Source of the DNA: an uncultured Chitinophagaceae bacterium
Lineage (GTDB): Bacteria > Bacteroidota > Ignavibacteria > UBA10030 > UBA8401
DNA length: 64,000 nt
Direction: 5' to 3'
Assembly: GCA_964642725.1 (NCBI GenBank)
Contig: CAZXQG010000005.1
Coordinates: forward strand, 16,597-80,596
The notes below the pieces were generated by a model. That model worked only from the letters and a program-made list of their open reading frames with translations. It had not been told where the DNA came from and ran no database searches. How positions within the stretch are numbered: position 1 is the first letter of the stretch; each line of letters starts with the position of its first letter. Shown piece after piece: positions 10,207-20,438 of the stretch. The position numbers and the translations under genes are program-made.

Positions 10207-11097
10207 TCAATCCACCTTTGTGACTCTGATATCTTTGCCCCACATAAGCTTCGAGCGCAGAACATCGTAGTAGCTCTTGTCTTTGCGTTTCACCAGCTTC
10301 ACAGAATAATCCGCTTTTTGTACAAAGAGATTGACCGGAGGAGTGAATACTTTTTCCTGCTGGCCGTCCGCCGTCACGCGCACATTCTGAAGTTTCGACT
10401 CGACGAAGACCCGGACAACGCTCGAATCCGGAACGATGACGGACCGTGCAGTCAACGTATGGGGGCAAATAGGGCTGACGGTGAGAACGTCGCTCGCCGG
10501 AACGACGATTGGGCCGCCCGTCGCAAGGGAATAGCCTGTCGTTCCTGTGGGCGTGGAAACAATGATCCCGTCGCCTCGGTAGGTCATAAGATAATCGTTG
10601 TTGACGTATGTTTCGAGGTCGATTACGCGTGAAGAGTTACTTTTGTCGATGACGATATCGTTCACGCCGAACATCTGGACGTCGTCACCTTCCGCGGTAA
10701 CCTTGATAACCATTCGGTCTTCGATAACATGCTGGTTGTTCAGGATATCGTCTACAAACGATTCTACTTCGTCTATCGAAAGTTCAGCAAGGAAACCAAG
10801 TTTCCCGAGGTTGACGCCAAGGATTGGCACGGCGGCACGGCCGACGAGTCTTGCTGCCGAGAGAATCGTACCGTCGCCCCCGAAAGCAATAACCATGTCG
10901 CACTCGGCAACAATTTCCTCGAGAGGCGCAGTGTCTTTTTTGAGGATGACCTTTTTCCCAGCCTGTTTGTTGACGACCCTGGCAATTTCATCGTGGGTAA
11001 CAAATTCAATGAGGCGCTTTTCGCCGGTCCCTAACAGCCTCAATACAGCGTCTCCCAGCGTGTCTTTCGATAAATTCCCAACGATTCCGAATTTCAT
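10207..11097 (-). CDS. nadK: NAD+ kinase
   Basis: GGDGT motif, the NE/D short motif and the DGxxxxTPTGSTAYS-like motif TPTGTTGYSLATGGP. Confidence 0.9.
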   Translation of the reverse strand: MKFGIVGNLSKDTLGDAVLRLLGTGEKRLIEFVTHDEIARVVNKQAGKKVILKKDTAPLEEIVAECDMVIAFGGDGTILSAARLVGRAAVPILGVNLGKLGFLAELSIDEVESFVDDILNNQHVIEDRMVIKVTAEGDDVQMFGVNDIVIDKSNSSRVIDLETYVNNDYLMTYRGDGIIVSTPTGTTGYSLATGGPIVVPASDVLTVSPICPHTLTARSVIVPDSSVVRVFVESKLQNVRVTADGQQEKVFTPPVNLFVQKADYSVKLVKRKDKSYYDVLRSKLMWGKDIRVTKVD

Positions 11098-11396
11098 TGC
11101 GCCGCCTCGTCCTTCACCGCCGGCGATGGAGTTTCTTTCGCCATCTCATCAACATAATTCAATTTCAGATCCTGAAGCACGCCGATAAGAAATCGTTCTT
11201 CATCGGGCGAACGATTTCCCTTCGTCTTTTCTTTCAGCATATCGATCAAGTCGATCGATAATTGCGCTTGTTCCATATTCTTTTCAATCTTATCGGTAAC
11301 GGGGTTTTTCATTTTCCCCATTTGTTGAAGCGCTGCGGCTTGAAACATCGAAACAAGCTGAATAAACATCATCTCATTCTTTTCTGAAGTATCCAT
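11094..11396 (-). CDS. DUF1844 family protein
   Basis: Small acidic protein with the characteristic FIQLVSMFQAAALQQMG motif. Confidence 0.6.
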   Translation of the reverse strand: MDTSEKNEMMFIQLVSMFQAAALQQMGKMKNPVTDKIEKNMEQAQLSIDLIDMLKEKTKGNRSPDEERFLIGVLQDLKLNYVDEMAKETPSPAVKDEAAQ

Positions 11397-11502
11397 AATT
11401 CACTTTCTTTCCGACGCTGAACGATGCAAAATGTTCGAAATAAAATCCAGAATTCTGCCTTGGCCGATGCAATGGTACGAAAGAGAAGAACCAAAATCAA
11501 CT

Positions 11503-12267
11503 TTACCTATTTCGCGAGGAATCGGAATTCCATATTTCCCATAGTTTTGCGTATTTTGTAAAAACGTATGCCGACGAAAGAACGGCAAGGATCAGTCCGG
11601 GAATTCCATCCAGGAAGCCTAATCGAAAACAATACATTCTAAGAAAAAGCCATGGAGGTCTGATCAACAGATCGACAAGCCGAAACGGTCTTCCGGCTTT
11701 GAACAATTCCTCGCTTGCCAATGTGGTATACCGATTGAATTTCTCTAAGTAATGGCGAAGATTGGGGTCGGTGAAGTGAAGCAGGTCGTGATGAAGTTCG
11801 CCGATTGTCCCTCGCACTACCAGCCCCTCGTGAACGGCCGAAGTAGTGAACGAAGCTGAGTCCTTGCGAAAAAGCCGTACGACTCTTCCCGGGTACCATC
11901 CGGAATGTTTCATCCAACGACCGAGAAAATACGCCCGACGAGCGACAGAATAAGCCGCCTTTGACGGGGAGGATCCCATCAATGATTGGATTTCAGCGCC
12001 TAACTCCTGTGTGACGCGCTCATCGGCGTCGAGCCATAGAATCCACTTATGATGCGATTTCTCTACTGCAAATGTTTTTGCTTCGGAAAAACTTTTCCAC
12101 GGCTCTATAAAGATGCTTTGAGTGAATTGCCGAGCCAGCGTTACCGTTGTGTCGCTGCTCTCAGCGTCAACGACAACGATTTCGTCCGCCCATTGAACGC
12201 TTTCGAGGCACGCAGCAATATTCCGTTCTTCATTCCGCGTAATGACAATGACTGACAACGGTGTCAT
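11503..12267 (-). CDS. Family 2 glycosyltransferase (LPS core, WaaE/KdtX-like)
   Basis: SVIVITRNEE...DAD motifs. Start taken at MTPLSV, which abuts the upstream gene. Confidence 0.75.
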   Translation of the reverse strand: MTPLSVIVITRNEERNIAACLESVQWADEIVVVDAESSDTTVTLARQFTQSIFIEPWKSFSEAKTFAVEKSHHKWILWLDADERVTQELGAEIQSLMGSSPSKAAYSVARRAYFLGRWMKHSGWYPGRVVRLFRKDSASFTTSAVHEGLVVRGTIGELHHDLLHFTDPNLRHYLEKFNRYTTLASEELFKAGRPFRLVDLLIRPPWLFLRMYCFRLGFLDGIPGLILAVLSSAYVFTKYAKLWEIWNSDSSRNR

Positions 12268-13451
12268 ACACTCTCCGGGGCGGGAAGCTTCTTCACCGCA
12301 TAAGCCAACCCGACTGTGAACCAGACGAAAACCATTATTTGATGGCTGCCGAAATTCCATTCAAATAACCCATTGAGAAGAAAACCGATGAAGACGGCAA
12401 ATGCCCCCAGCGTAACCGATCCCGCAAGCCAATCGGCAGTTGAGCCTCTGAACATTTGATATTCCACGACGAGTATTTTACAGAACATAGCAACAACGAT
12501 GGAAAGGCCGATGAGACCGAGCGTCACCAACAGCATGACAAAATTATTATGAAGATGCCCCCCTCCTTCGGGGTCGTCCGCAGATTTGTATTGTGCGTAG
12601 ACTTCATGAACATCGGAATCTCCAATCCCGAGCAGAGGATGGTCGGCGAATATTTTCAGGCCCGTTGACCACATCACTAACCGAGAATGATTTGTCGGGT
12701 CGGAAAGGTCGACGATGCTTTTTGCCCGATGCACTTGGCTGGCAGGAGCGAACAAAAAAAACAACGCAAGGAATGCAACAAGAACGAAAAAGAGGTATTT
12801 ATTTTTCAAAATACTTATGACGATCACTCCGCCAAGAAATCCAACCCATGAACTCCGGGTATTGGTCAGGATTAACGCAAGAAATGACGGGACAAAAAAC
12901 AACGACAACCATCCTTTGACCGCCGCCGGTGTTTTCTTGTGGAGGATAAATGGAACAATCATCAGGCACGCGATCATTTTCAAACCGCCCGTCGTCATGT
13001 AGTGTTGAAACACGTATAATCTTCCCTCGTGGACAACATAGTAATAGACTATTTCAATGATTGATGTCACCGCCACCGCGCCAAAAATAATGAGCAGACT
13101 GTTCAACACTTTTTTCCTGGAGTCAAACGACAGCAGCACGAGATACAGAACGGAAATGAGCAGCAGCCGCTTTGTGTTGACAGCCGCCTGAGCCGGAAAC
13201 ACCGCGGTCGCGGTCGTCAAAAATTCGATGCACACATATGCAAGAAAAAAATAATCGAAGGAAGTTCCACAAAGCAACCATCTCCGCTCTGCAAAACTCC
13301 AATACACTACAAGCATCAACGATAGCCCGAAGACAATTGAGGAAGCCGCAATCGATATCGAAATGACGGCTACTTGAGTAACAAGAAGAGCAAAAAGAAT
13401 TGAACTCAGGAGCGCTTTTCGCGACTCGGGAAGAGAATCGGCGGTGGTCAT
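12264..13451 (-). CDS. O-antigen ligase family membrane protein (WaaL-like)
   Basis: About 10 predicted transmembrane helices with a Wzy_C-like periplasmic loop. Sits inside the LPS cluster. Start taken at MTTADS. Confidence 0.7.
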   Translation of the reverse strand: MTTADSLPESRKALLSSILFALLVTQVAVISISIAASSIVFGLSLMLVVYWSFAERRWLLCGTSFDYFFLAYVCIEFLTTATAVFPAQAAVNTKRLLLISVLYLVLLSFDSRKKVLNSLLIIFGAVAVTSIIEIVYYYVVHEGRLYVFQHYMTTGGLKMIACLMIVPFILHKKTPAAVKGWLSLFFVPSFLALILTNTRSSWVGFLGGVIVISILKNKYLFFVLVAFLALFFLFAPASQVHRAKSIVDLSDPTNHSRLVMWSTGLKIFADHPLLGIGDSDVHEVYAQYKSADDPEGGGHLHNNFVMLLVTLGLIGLSIVVAMFCKILVVEYQMFRGSTADWLAGSVTLGAFAVFIGFLLNGLFEWNFGSHQIMVFVWFTVGLAYAVKKLPAPESV

Positions 13452-14632
13452 TGGAAAACTATGTTGTTTGTGATATGTTCCGACGCAGCGGATCTTGTTT
13501 CTTCTATAGCATTGAGAACCGGTTTTAGCTGAAGCGTCTCCATGCATAAGACTGGACGTTTGTCCCTGCACAATTCCCACTGCTTCGGTTTAGGATTACG
13601 GGTTGCACAACCGATACATGGCAGGTCTACTCGTACATACCGTGAAATCTTCCTTGGATCATAGGGGCCAGTGTCCAACGGATCGGCAAATCCCATGAGC
13701 ATCACGACGGGTGTTTGCAGCGCACAGGCGATATGGAGCGCGCCGGTATCGGGCCCGACAACTAGATCGGCACGGTCAAGGAATGCCATGAGTTGTCGGA
13801 GCGACGTCATCCCGACGAGCGAAACGGAGCTATGTTTCATGCCGGACCGAATCGACTCAACTTCACGCTCGTCCTGCTCAATGCCTGTAAACACAATCTT
13901 CGCATCATACAGCTCGACGAGAGAATCTGCAAGCTCGCTGTACCGAACCGGAAGCCATTGGCGGACCGAATTGGGCGCGCTGCATCCCGGATGGAGGCAA
14001 ACAACATAGTCATTATCCGAGATTTGCAGACGATGGAGGTATTCCCTGGCGCTTTTCTTCTCTTCCTCTTTCGCAACGAGAAGAGTGCCGTCAACTTTGC
14101 CGGGGTCAGTCCATTCGAGAACTGTTTCAGTCTGCGCATCGACGGTGTGCAATCCGGGCGTCCGCGGAACCGGAACATCGAGAAGCATTCCGAGCGAATT
14201 GTCCATGCCGCAAAGATATTTCGCTCCGGCCAGTTTCGCCATGATCGTATAATGAGAGTTGGCTTCTTCAACGGCAATGATGTCATAGCGATAGCGCCGA
14301 AGATGGAGAAACAATTTTGTATGTTCGAGGAGTGAAAACTTCGCGGAGAGTGGAAAAACATTTCGGACGCCGGGAAAACCCTCAAGTAGAGAGACCGACC
14401 TCTCACTGACAACCGCGTCGATCGCAGCTTCTACAAATGTCGTATGGAGCCGCAGCAACACAGGTGTAATCGAGACAACATCGCCGAGCAAACCGTTGCG
14501 AATCACTAGAATGCTCTTTACTCGCTCCCGTTGCCCAGCAAATTGCAAAAAGCGCCCCTTCTTCTTGGAGGGTGCCAATGTTTGACCGGATGGAGTCATG
14601 TCGGAAATATTTGTTTCCCAAACTTCATACAT
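13448..14632 (-). CDS. Family 9 glycosyltransferase (LPS heptosyltransferase-like)
   Basis: GT9 signatures (ILVIRNGLLGDVV...VGPDTGALHIACAL). Lies between msbA and the ligase. Confidence 0.75.
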   Translation of the reverse strand: MYEVWETNISDMTPSGQTLAPSKKKGRFLQFAGQRERVKSILVIRNGLLGDVVSITPVLLRLHTTFVEAAIDAVVSERSVSLLEGFPGVRNVFPLSAKFSLLEHTKLFLHLRRYRYDIIAVEEANSHYTIMAKLAGAKYLCGMDNSLGMLLDVPVPRTPGLHTVDAQTETVLEWTDPGKVDGTLLVAKEEEKKSAREYLHRLQISDNDYVVCLHPGCSAPNSVRQWLPVRYSELADSLVELYDAKIVFTGIEQDEREVESIRSGMKHSSVSLVGMTSLRQLMAFLDRADLVVGPDTGALHIACALQTPVVMLMGFADPLDTGPYDPRKISRYVRVDLPCIGCATRNPKPKQWELCRDKRPVLCMETLQLKPVLNAIEETRSAASEHITNNIVFQ

Positions 14633-16490
14633 TGAACTGAAGGTCGTACAAACGTTTATACAAACCATCTTTCTGTTTCATCAACTCGACATGCCGCCCC
14701 ATTTGTTCGATTCTTCCGTTCTCAAGGACGACAATCCGGTCCGCATTCCGGATCGTTGACAACCGGTGCGCAATCACAAGAGAGGTGCGGTTCTTCATCA
14801 AACGTTCAATCGCTTCCTGAACGAGGATCTCACTCTCCGAATCGAGTGCCGATGTCGCTTCATCAAATATCATGATAGGAGGGTTCTTCAGCAATGCACG
14901 GGCAATAGAAAGACGCTGCCGCTGCCCTCCGGAGATTTTTACACCCCGGTCGCCGATGATCGAATCGAACCCTCTCGGCAACGCATCAATAAACTCGAGA
15001 GCGTTCGCAGCTGCAGCGGCATCGCGGATCTTCTCCTCAGGACAATCGCTCAACCCATAGGCGATGTTGCTGCGCACGGTATCGTTAAATAAAATTGTCT
15101 CCTGGGTCACAATCCCGATCTGCTTCCTGAGCGATTGCAATTCTATCAAACGTATGTCAACTCCGTCGATCGTAATCAATCCTTCGACTGGATCGTAAAA
15201 TCGCGCGAGAAGGTCAACGAGGGTCGTCTTGCCGCTGCCGCTCGGTCCGACAATTGCAACGACTTCCCCTTTCCGAACCCTGAGGTTGATACCGCGGAGG
15301 ATTTCTTTAGTCTCGCCTCCCTGCGGCACTCCGTTCGAATAGAAGAAGGAGACGTTTTTGAACTCAATGCAATCGCGAAGATTGCCGATGGAAGCGGCCT
15401 GAGGATGGTTTCGAATCGAAGGTTCAATATCGAGTATCTCAAAAATCCGTTTTCCCGCAGCTGAAAATTCTTGCAGCCGGTTAATCACGCTGCTCAGTTC
15501 CTTGACAGGAGGCATCACCTGGAATATCGCAAGAAGGAAACCGAGAAACTCCGCCGCCTTCATCTCTCCCGTCACGAGGACCTGCCGTCCACCGTACCAT
15601 ATGATGGCGACTGCCGCCAGAATCGAGAGGAACTCCGTGACCGGAGTTGACAGATTCCTGATCCTGGTCATTGTGAGAACAGTGCGAAAATAACTCTTTG
15701 TTTCTTTCCTGAATTTCTTGTCTTCGAAATCTTCCATCCCGAAGGCCTTGACCACCTTGACGTTCGAGATCGTTTCCTGCAAAACCGAAGTGATATCAGC
15801 CATCTTCTCCTGTATTACTCTGCTTTCTTTGTGAAGCCGCAAGCCGATCCAACTGATGATAAATAGGGAAAACGGGAATACGCCGAATGAAAGGAGAGTT
15901 AACTTCCAGCTTAAGGTAAAGGCAATACCCAGAAAAACCATAACAAGGAGCGGCTCTCGAATCAAAGTTACGAAGCTTGCCGAGACGCCGCCGTTGACGA
16001 CGTTGACATCGTTCGTTACCCGGGAAATGAGATTGCCCGTCCGCTCGTTGGTGAAATAGCTGAGCGAGAGATTGTGAAGATGACGGAACAACTCATTCCG
16101 AATATCCATCATCAAACCCTGCTCAACATGCGCCATCGTGTAGGATTGGACATAACCGAAGGCGTTCTTGAGCAGAAACACGACGAGAATGATAATGCAA
16201 ATCCGGTAGAGCGAGTCCGTTTTCGAGCCCGCGAATACGAATGATTGGAGCGATTGATCGAACCGTTGTTTAAAGCCGACTATTTCGTTCGGCACGACGC
16301 TGTTCCGCGGAGGAGTGGCTTGCTGGAGCGCTTGCGGGGTTGATTGATCGAACAGTGTTTCGAGAAGCGGGATCGAGAGATAAATTGAAGCGCCGCTAAA
16401 AATAGAATAGAATATCGTACACGCTACAGAAATCGTCAGCGACTTCCAGTACGGCCGGACATAGCGGAGTATTCTCAAGAACACACGCAT
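14625..16490 (-). CDS. msbA: Lipid A export ABC transporter permease/ATPase (MsbA-like)
   Basis: Six-helix transmembrane domain plus Walker A GPSGSGKT, the LSGGQRQR signature and Walker B. 621 aa. Confidence 0.85.
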   Translation of the reverse strand: MRVFLRILRYVRPYWKSLTISVACTIFYSIFSGASIYLSIPLLETLFDQSTPQALQQATPPRNSVVPNEIVGFKQRFDQSLQSFVFAGSKTDSLYRICIIILVVFLLKNAFGYVQSYTMAHVEQGLMMDIRNELFRHLHNLSLSYFTNERTGNLISRVTNDVNVVNGGVSASFVTLIREPLLVMVFLGIAFTLSWKLTLLSFGVFPFSLFIISWIGLRLHKESRVIQEKMADITSVLQETISNVKVVKAFGMEDFEDKKFRKETKSYFRTVLTMTRIRNLSTPVTEFLSILAAVAIIWYGGRQVLVTGEMKAAEFLGFLLAIFQVMPPVKELSSVINRLQEFSAAGKRIFEILDIEPSIRNHPQAASIGNLRDCIEFKNVSFFYSNGVPQGGETKEILRGINLRVRKGEVVAIVGPSGSGKTTLVDLLARFYDPVEGLITIDGVDIRLIELQSLRKQIGIVTQETILFNDTVRSNIAYGLSDCPEEKIRDAAAAANALEFIDALPRGFDSIIGDRGVKISGGQRQRLSIARALLKNPPIMIFDEATSALDSESEILVQEAIERLMKNRTSLVIAHRLSTIRNADRIVVLENGRIEQMGRHVELMKQKDGLYKRLYDLQFNV

Positions 16491-16552
16491 GCAACGATTC
16501 TCTCTATTTTAAGGAAATATTCCTAATGGCAGACGCAGGCCTCTTCCCGGCA

Positions 16553-19123
16553 TCACTGTACAACAAAATTGACAAGCTTGTTCTTGACGATAATTTCTTT
16601 CACAACACGTTTGCCGTCGACATGCTGTTTCACATTTTGTTCCGCATACGCCAATTGTTTCAGGGCCGATTCATCGATGTCGACGGGAACATTTCTCTTC
16701 GCACGAATTTTTCCGTTCACCTGAAAGACCACTTCGACCGTTGTTTGCTCCATTTTCGATTCATCGAACGCCGGCCACGGTTCACAAGCCAACGATGATG
16801 TATGCCCCAGCTTTTGCCATAACTCTTCCGCAATGTGGGGAGCGAACGGCGCAAGCAGCAGGACGAACGGCTCGAGAACTTGACGTGGACGGGATTCAGC
16901 TTTTGTTAATTCGTTCACAAGGATCATCATTTGCGAGATCGCAGTGTTGAACCTGAGCGCTTCAATATCCTCGCCAACTTTTTTCACCGTCGAATGGAAG
17001 ATGCGTTCAAGCTCGGAGGAAATTTCAACTCTCTTTACAGCGGGATCAAGAGTTCCGTCTTCGCCGACATACAAACGCCATACGCGGTTCAGAAACCGAT
17101 AGACCCCTTCCACACCGCGCGTGCTCCATGGCTTCATCTCTTCAAGCGGCCCCATGAACATCTCGAACAACCGCACGGAATCCGCTCCGTACTCTTTGAC
17201 AACCTCATCCGGGTTGACAACGTTGCCGCGCGACTTCGACATCTTCCGTGAATCTTCGCCGAGGATGATGCCTTGATGCCTTAGCTTTGTGAACGGCTCC
17301 TTTGTGCTTACGAAGCCAAGGTCGTACAACACTTTGTGCCAGAACCTGGCATACATCAAATGCAGCACCGTGTGTTCGGACCCGCCGACGTACAAGTCAA
17401 TCGGCATCCATTTGCGTTCGAGCGCAGGGGAACAGAATTGCGTGTCATTTTTTGGATCGATGAACCGAAGATAATACCAGCAGGATCCCGCCCATTGAGG
17501 CATTGTGTTCGTTTCCCTGCGCCCCTTCATTCCGGTCTCCGCATCGACGACGTTAACCCATTCAGTCGCAAGAGCGAGCGGAGATTCGGTTGTTCCGCTC
17601 GGCTGGAATTTTTTCAGTTCCGGAAGAATCAGCGGAAGTTCATCGTCGCGGAGCGGTTTCATTGTTCCGTCTTCACAATGAACGATCGGAATCGGTTCGC
17701 CCCAATAGCGCTGGCGGGCAAAAAGCCAGTCGCGCAGCTTATAGTTTATTTTCCGTTCCCCGATTCGTTCAGATTCCAGCCATCGGATAATTTTTTCTTT
17801 CGCCTCATCGACATGCAGTCCATCGAGAAACGCGCTGTTGACAGCCGGCCCGTCTTCCGTATATGCTTTTCCTTGAAAACCTTCAGGCGGCTGCACCGTA
17901 CGGAGAATGGGTAAACCGAATTTTTCCGCGAATTCCCAATCTCTCTCGTCTTGGCCCGGAACTGCCATGATGGCACCCGTGCCGTAGCCTGTCAAAACGT
18001 AATCGGCGATCCAAATCGGAATTTCTTTTTTTGTCGCCGGGTTAATAACATAGCTGCCAGTGAATACTCCGGTTTTCTCCGTGTCGATGCCGCGCTCGAG
18101 GTCGCTTTTCAGGCTTGCTTGAGTTCGATAACTCTCGACGGCTTTTTTCTGATCTCCCGTCGTTATTCCATCCACAAGGGGATGTTCGGGGGCAAGCACC
18201 ATGTAGGTCGCCCCAAAAATCGTATCCGGCCTTGTCGTGAAAATTCTTACGTTGTCATTCCTCCCTTTCACCGGGAAATTAATTTCTGCTCCCTCTGACC
18301 GGCCGATCCAATTTCTCTGCTGCTCCAATGTTGAAGCGGGCCAATCAAGTTCTTTTCCATCTTCAAGCAGCCTTTCAGCGTACGCGGTAATCCTCATCAT
18401 CCATTGCCTCATCGGCCGGCGTTCGACAGTGTACCCCTTGTCGGTCCATTCAGCAACTTCTTCGTTCGCAAGGACCGTCCCCAGAGCCTCGCACCAATTC
18501 ACTGGAATTTCGGCGATATAGGCAAGGCGGAATTGCGCGAGGAAATCATGCTTATCCTTTTTGCTTTTCCGCTTCCATTCTTCAGCGGTGAAACTTTCTC
18601 CGACAGACAGACCCTTTGTCCCTTGACGAAGCAATTCCTCTTCAAGAGTTTGTATCGGCCTTGCCTTATGGACGCGTTCGTCGTACCATGAATTATAGAT
18701 TCGAAGAAAAATCCATTGCGTCCACTTATAATATGCCGGATCGGTCGTGTCTATTTCCCGCGACCAATCGTAACTCATTCCGAGCATTTTGATCTGACGG
18801 CGGAAGGTCGAAATGTTTTGTTCGGTGGTAATGCGGGGGTGGATATTTGTCTGCATCGCATACCGCTCAGCCGGCAGCCCGAACGCATCCCAGCCCATCG
18901 GATGCAGGACACTGTACCCTTTCATCCTTTTGAACCTGGAAAGAATATCGGTCGCCGTATATCCTTCGGGATGCCCGACATGAAGTCCGGCCCCGGAAGG
19001 ATATGGATACATGTCGAGAATGTAGACTTTGGGCTTTGCTGAAGAACTATCCGTTCGAAACGTCTGATTTGCTTCCCAGTATTGCTGCCACTTGGATTCT
19101 ATTTCTAAAAAATTGTATTTCAT
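16553..19123 (-). CDS. leuS: Leucyl-tRNA synthetase
   Basis: HIGH motif (HVGH) and KMSKS. 856 aa with typical LeuRS architecture. Confidence 0.95.
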   Translation of the reverse strand: MKYNFLEIESKWQQYWEANQTFRTDSSSAKPKVYILDMYPYPSGAGLHVGHPEGYTATDILSRFKRMKGYSVLHPMGWDAFGLPAERYAMQTNIHPRITTEQNISTFRRQIKMLGMSYDWSREIDTTDPAYYKWTQWIFLRIYNSWYDERVHKARPIQTLEEELLRQGTKGLSVGESFTAEEWKRKSKKDKHDFLAQFRLAYIAEIPVNWCEALGTVLANEEVAEWTDKGYTVERRPMRQWMMRITAYAERLLEDGKELDWPASTLEQQRNWIGRSEGAEINFPVKGRNDNVRIFTTRPDTIFGATYMVLAPEHPLVDGITTGDQKKAVESYRTQASLKSDLERGIDTEKTGVFTGSYVINPATKKEIPIWIADYVLTGYGTGAIMAVPGQDERDWEFAEKFGLPILRTVQPPEGFQGKAYTEDGPAVNSAFLDGLHVDEAKEKIIRWLESERIGERKINYKLRDWLFARQRYWGEPIPIVHCEDGTMKPLRDDELPLILPELKKFQPSGTTESPLALATEWVNVVDAETGMKGRRETNTMPQWAGSCWYYLRFIDPKNDTQFCSPALERKWMPIDLYVGGSEHTVLHLMYARFWHKVLYDLGFVSTKEPFTKLRHQGIILGEDSRKMSKSRGNVVNPDEVVKEYGADSVRLFEMFMGPLEEMKPWSTRGVEGVYRFLNRVWRLYVGEDGTLDPAVKRVEISSELERIFHSTVKKVGEDIEALRFNTAISQMMILVNELTKAESRPRQVLEPFVLLLAPFAPHIAEELWQKLGHTSSLACEPWPAFDESKMEQTTVEVVFQVNGKIRAKRNVPVDIDESALKQLAYAEQNVKQHVDGKRVVKEIIVKNKLVNFVVQ

Positions 19124-19213
19124 CCTTTTTGTCTTCTGTCGTTGTATATCTGCCTATCGCTAAACACTCTCCGTTGGAGCGAAATGAAAATGACTCCGTT
19201 CGTTGTGCGCTGC

Positions 19214-20128
19214 TCATGGTTCATTGTTGATTGTCTTCTTAATGTATAGCATTGCCGTCCCCTCCGTCCCGATTCGAAACCTCGACTGCAGCTCTTCTAC
19301 GGTTGCGCCATTCTGTGCCATAATCGTCGCAGCAGTGTGCCGCAGCGAAAACGCTGTAATCCGGCGAACTTTTCCGTTCTTCACGCCTGCTCTCTCAAGA
19401 TACATGTTGACGCGCTGCCTGATTCCGCGTGTCGTCATTCTCTTTCCACGTGTCCGATTCCCTGCACTCATGATCAATGGTTCATTTTCTCGGGCATCAT
19501 TTCTGAAGGCAAGATATCCGAGGAACGCTTCCTTCACATCGTTAGGAAGAAGAACGGTTGTTTCTTTTGTCGTTTTACCTTTGCCCTGAACATTGAAGAT
19601 CATTGTCGAGCTAACGATCTTCAAATCGCCGATATTCGCACGGATCAATTCTATCTCCGATAATCCGCATCCGACCATCGCTTTGATGATTGCGAAGTCT
19701 CGAAACCCCCGCTCATCATTCCGATCGATCGACTGAAAAATCGCTTGAATATCCTGCAACGAGATCGTCTCTCGAGAATGCTGCTGCGGTCTCTTGTTTC
19801 CTTTTACCTCTTTTGCAGGATTCCGTTCCAGGACTTTGACCTCGACCAAATAATCAAAAAGACGCCTCAGTGCCGTAAGGTAAGTGGAGACCGAAACTGG
19901 TGCAAGCTTGATTTTTTTTATTAAATATGTCTTGTATCGCTCTACATCCGCTACACGGAACAGAAATTTTTGATCCAACGGATACCAGCGCATGAATTCA
20001 TGCAGTGAGCGTTCATACGTGCCGCGAGTTTCGGGCTTGCTCTTTCGCAGTTCTTTCAGAAATCCCTCGAAATGGCCGAGCAATCGCTTGTGAGAAATCC
20101 GGACAGAAGAAAATTGCGACGATTTCAT
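19214..20128 (-). CDS. Tyrosine-type site-specific recombinase (XerC/XerD family)
   Basis: N-terminal SAM-like domain and C-terminal catalytic domain with the R...HxxRHT...Y arrangement (LRHTAAT...MLYI). 304 aa. Confidence 0.8.
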   Translation of the reverse strand: MKSSQFSSVRISHKRLLGHFEGFLKELRKSKPETRGTYERSLHEFMRWYPLDQKFLFRVADVERYKTYLIKKIKLAPVSVSTYLTALRRLFDYLVEVKVLERNPAKEVKGNKRPQQHSRETISLQDIQAIFQSIDRNDERGFRDFAIIKAMVGCGLSEIELIRANIGDLKIVSSTMIFNVQGKGKTTKETTVLLPNDVKEAFLGYLAFRNDARENEPLIMSAGNRTRGKRMTTRGIRQRVNMYLERAGVKNGKVRRITAFSLRHTAATIMAQNGATVEELQSRFRIGTEGTAMLYIKKTINNEP

Positions 20129-20264
20129 TCTCCTACAGCAGAGTTTTTAGTGGGACGTTTCGCTCATCTTTCTTCTCAATAACAGAAATTAACGAAAATT
20201 GAAGAGAGAAGCAACGAAACGCGCTGCTGGGTACCGACTCAGTTTGATAAATTTTCTGGGTGGA

Positions 20265-20396
20265 ACAGGCATTCATGCCTGTCAGATAGGTCAGACAAGA
20301 ATGTCTGACCTACAGATACATTGAAATTAAGTCACTACCCGCTGTTGCAAGCCGTCTGACTGCTTCTATCAATTGGATGGATTGAAAATCAATCCA
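20265..20396. promoter_or_regulatory. Three perfect palindromes in the divergent recombinase/proB promoter region
   Basis: acaggcat-tc-atgcctgt (20265..20282), aggtcagaca-agaa-tgtctgacct (20288..20311, with an extra direct GTCAGA copy) and tggattga-aaa-tcaatcca (20378..20396). A sigma70-like TTGAAT-16-TATCAT lies just upstream of the proB ATG. Confidence 0.4.
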
Positions 20397-20438
20397 TTTT
20401 TTTTGAATTAGCATTTTTATTTATTATCATTTAACGGT

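Noticed and set aside
11400-11588. 62-aa ORF between the DUF1844 gene and the GT2 gene
   Set aside because: It overlaps the 3' end of the GT2 gene on the same strand in another frame and has no motifs. It is more likely non-coding.
17336-17914. 192-aa ORF antisense to leuS, plus similar antisense ORFs opposite nadK (10598..11188), the M24 peptidase (48220..48774), nadE (52502..53290) and the ALDH (55178..56275)
   Set aside because: All are embedded opposite long, well-supported genes. None has a credible start context or motifs, and such antisense ORFs are expected by chance at this GC content.
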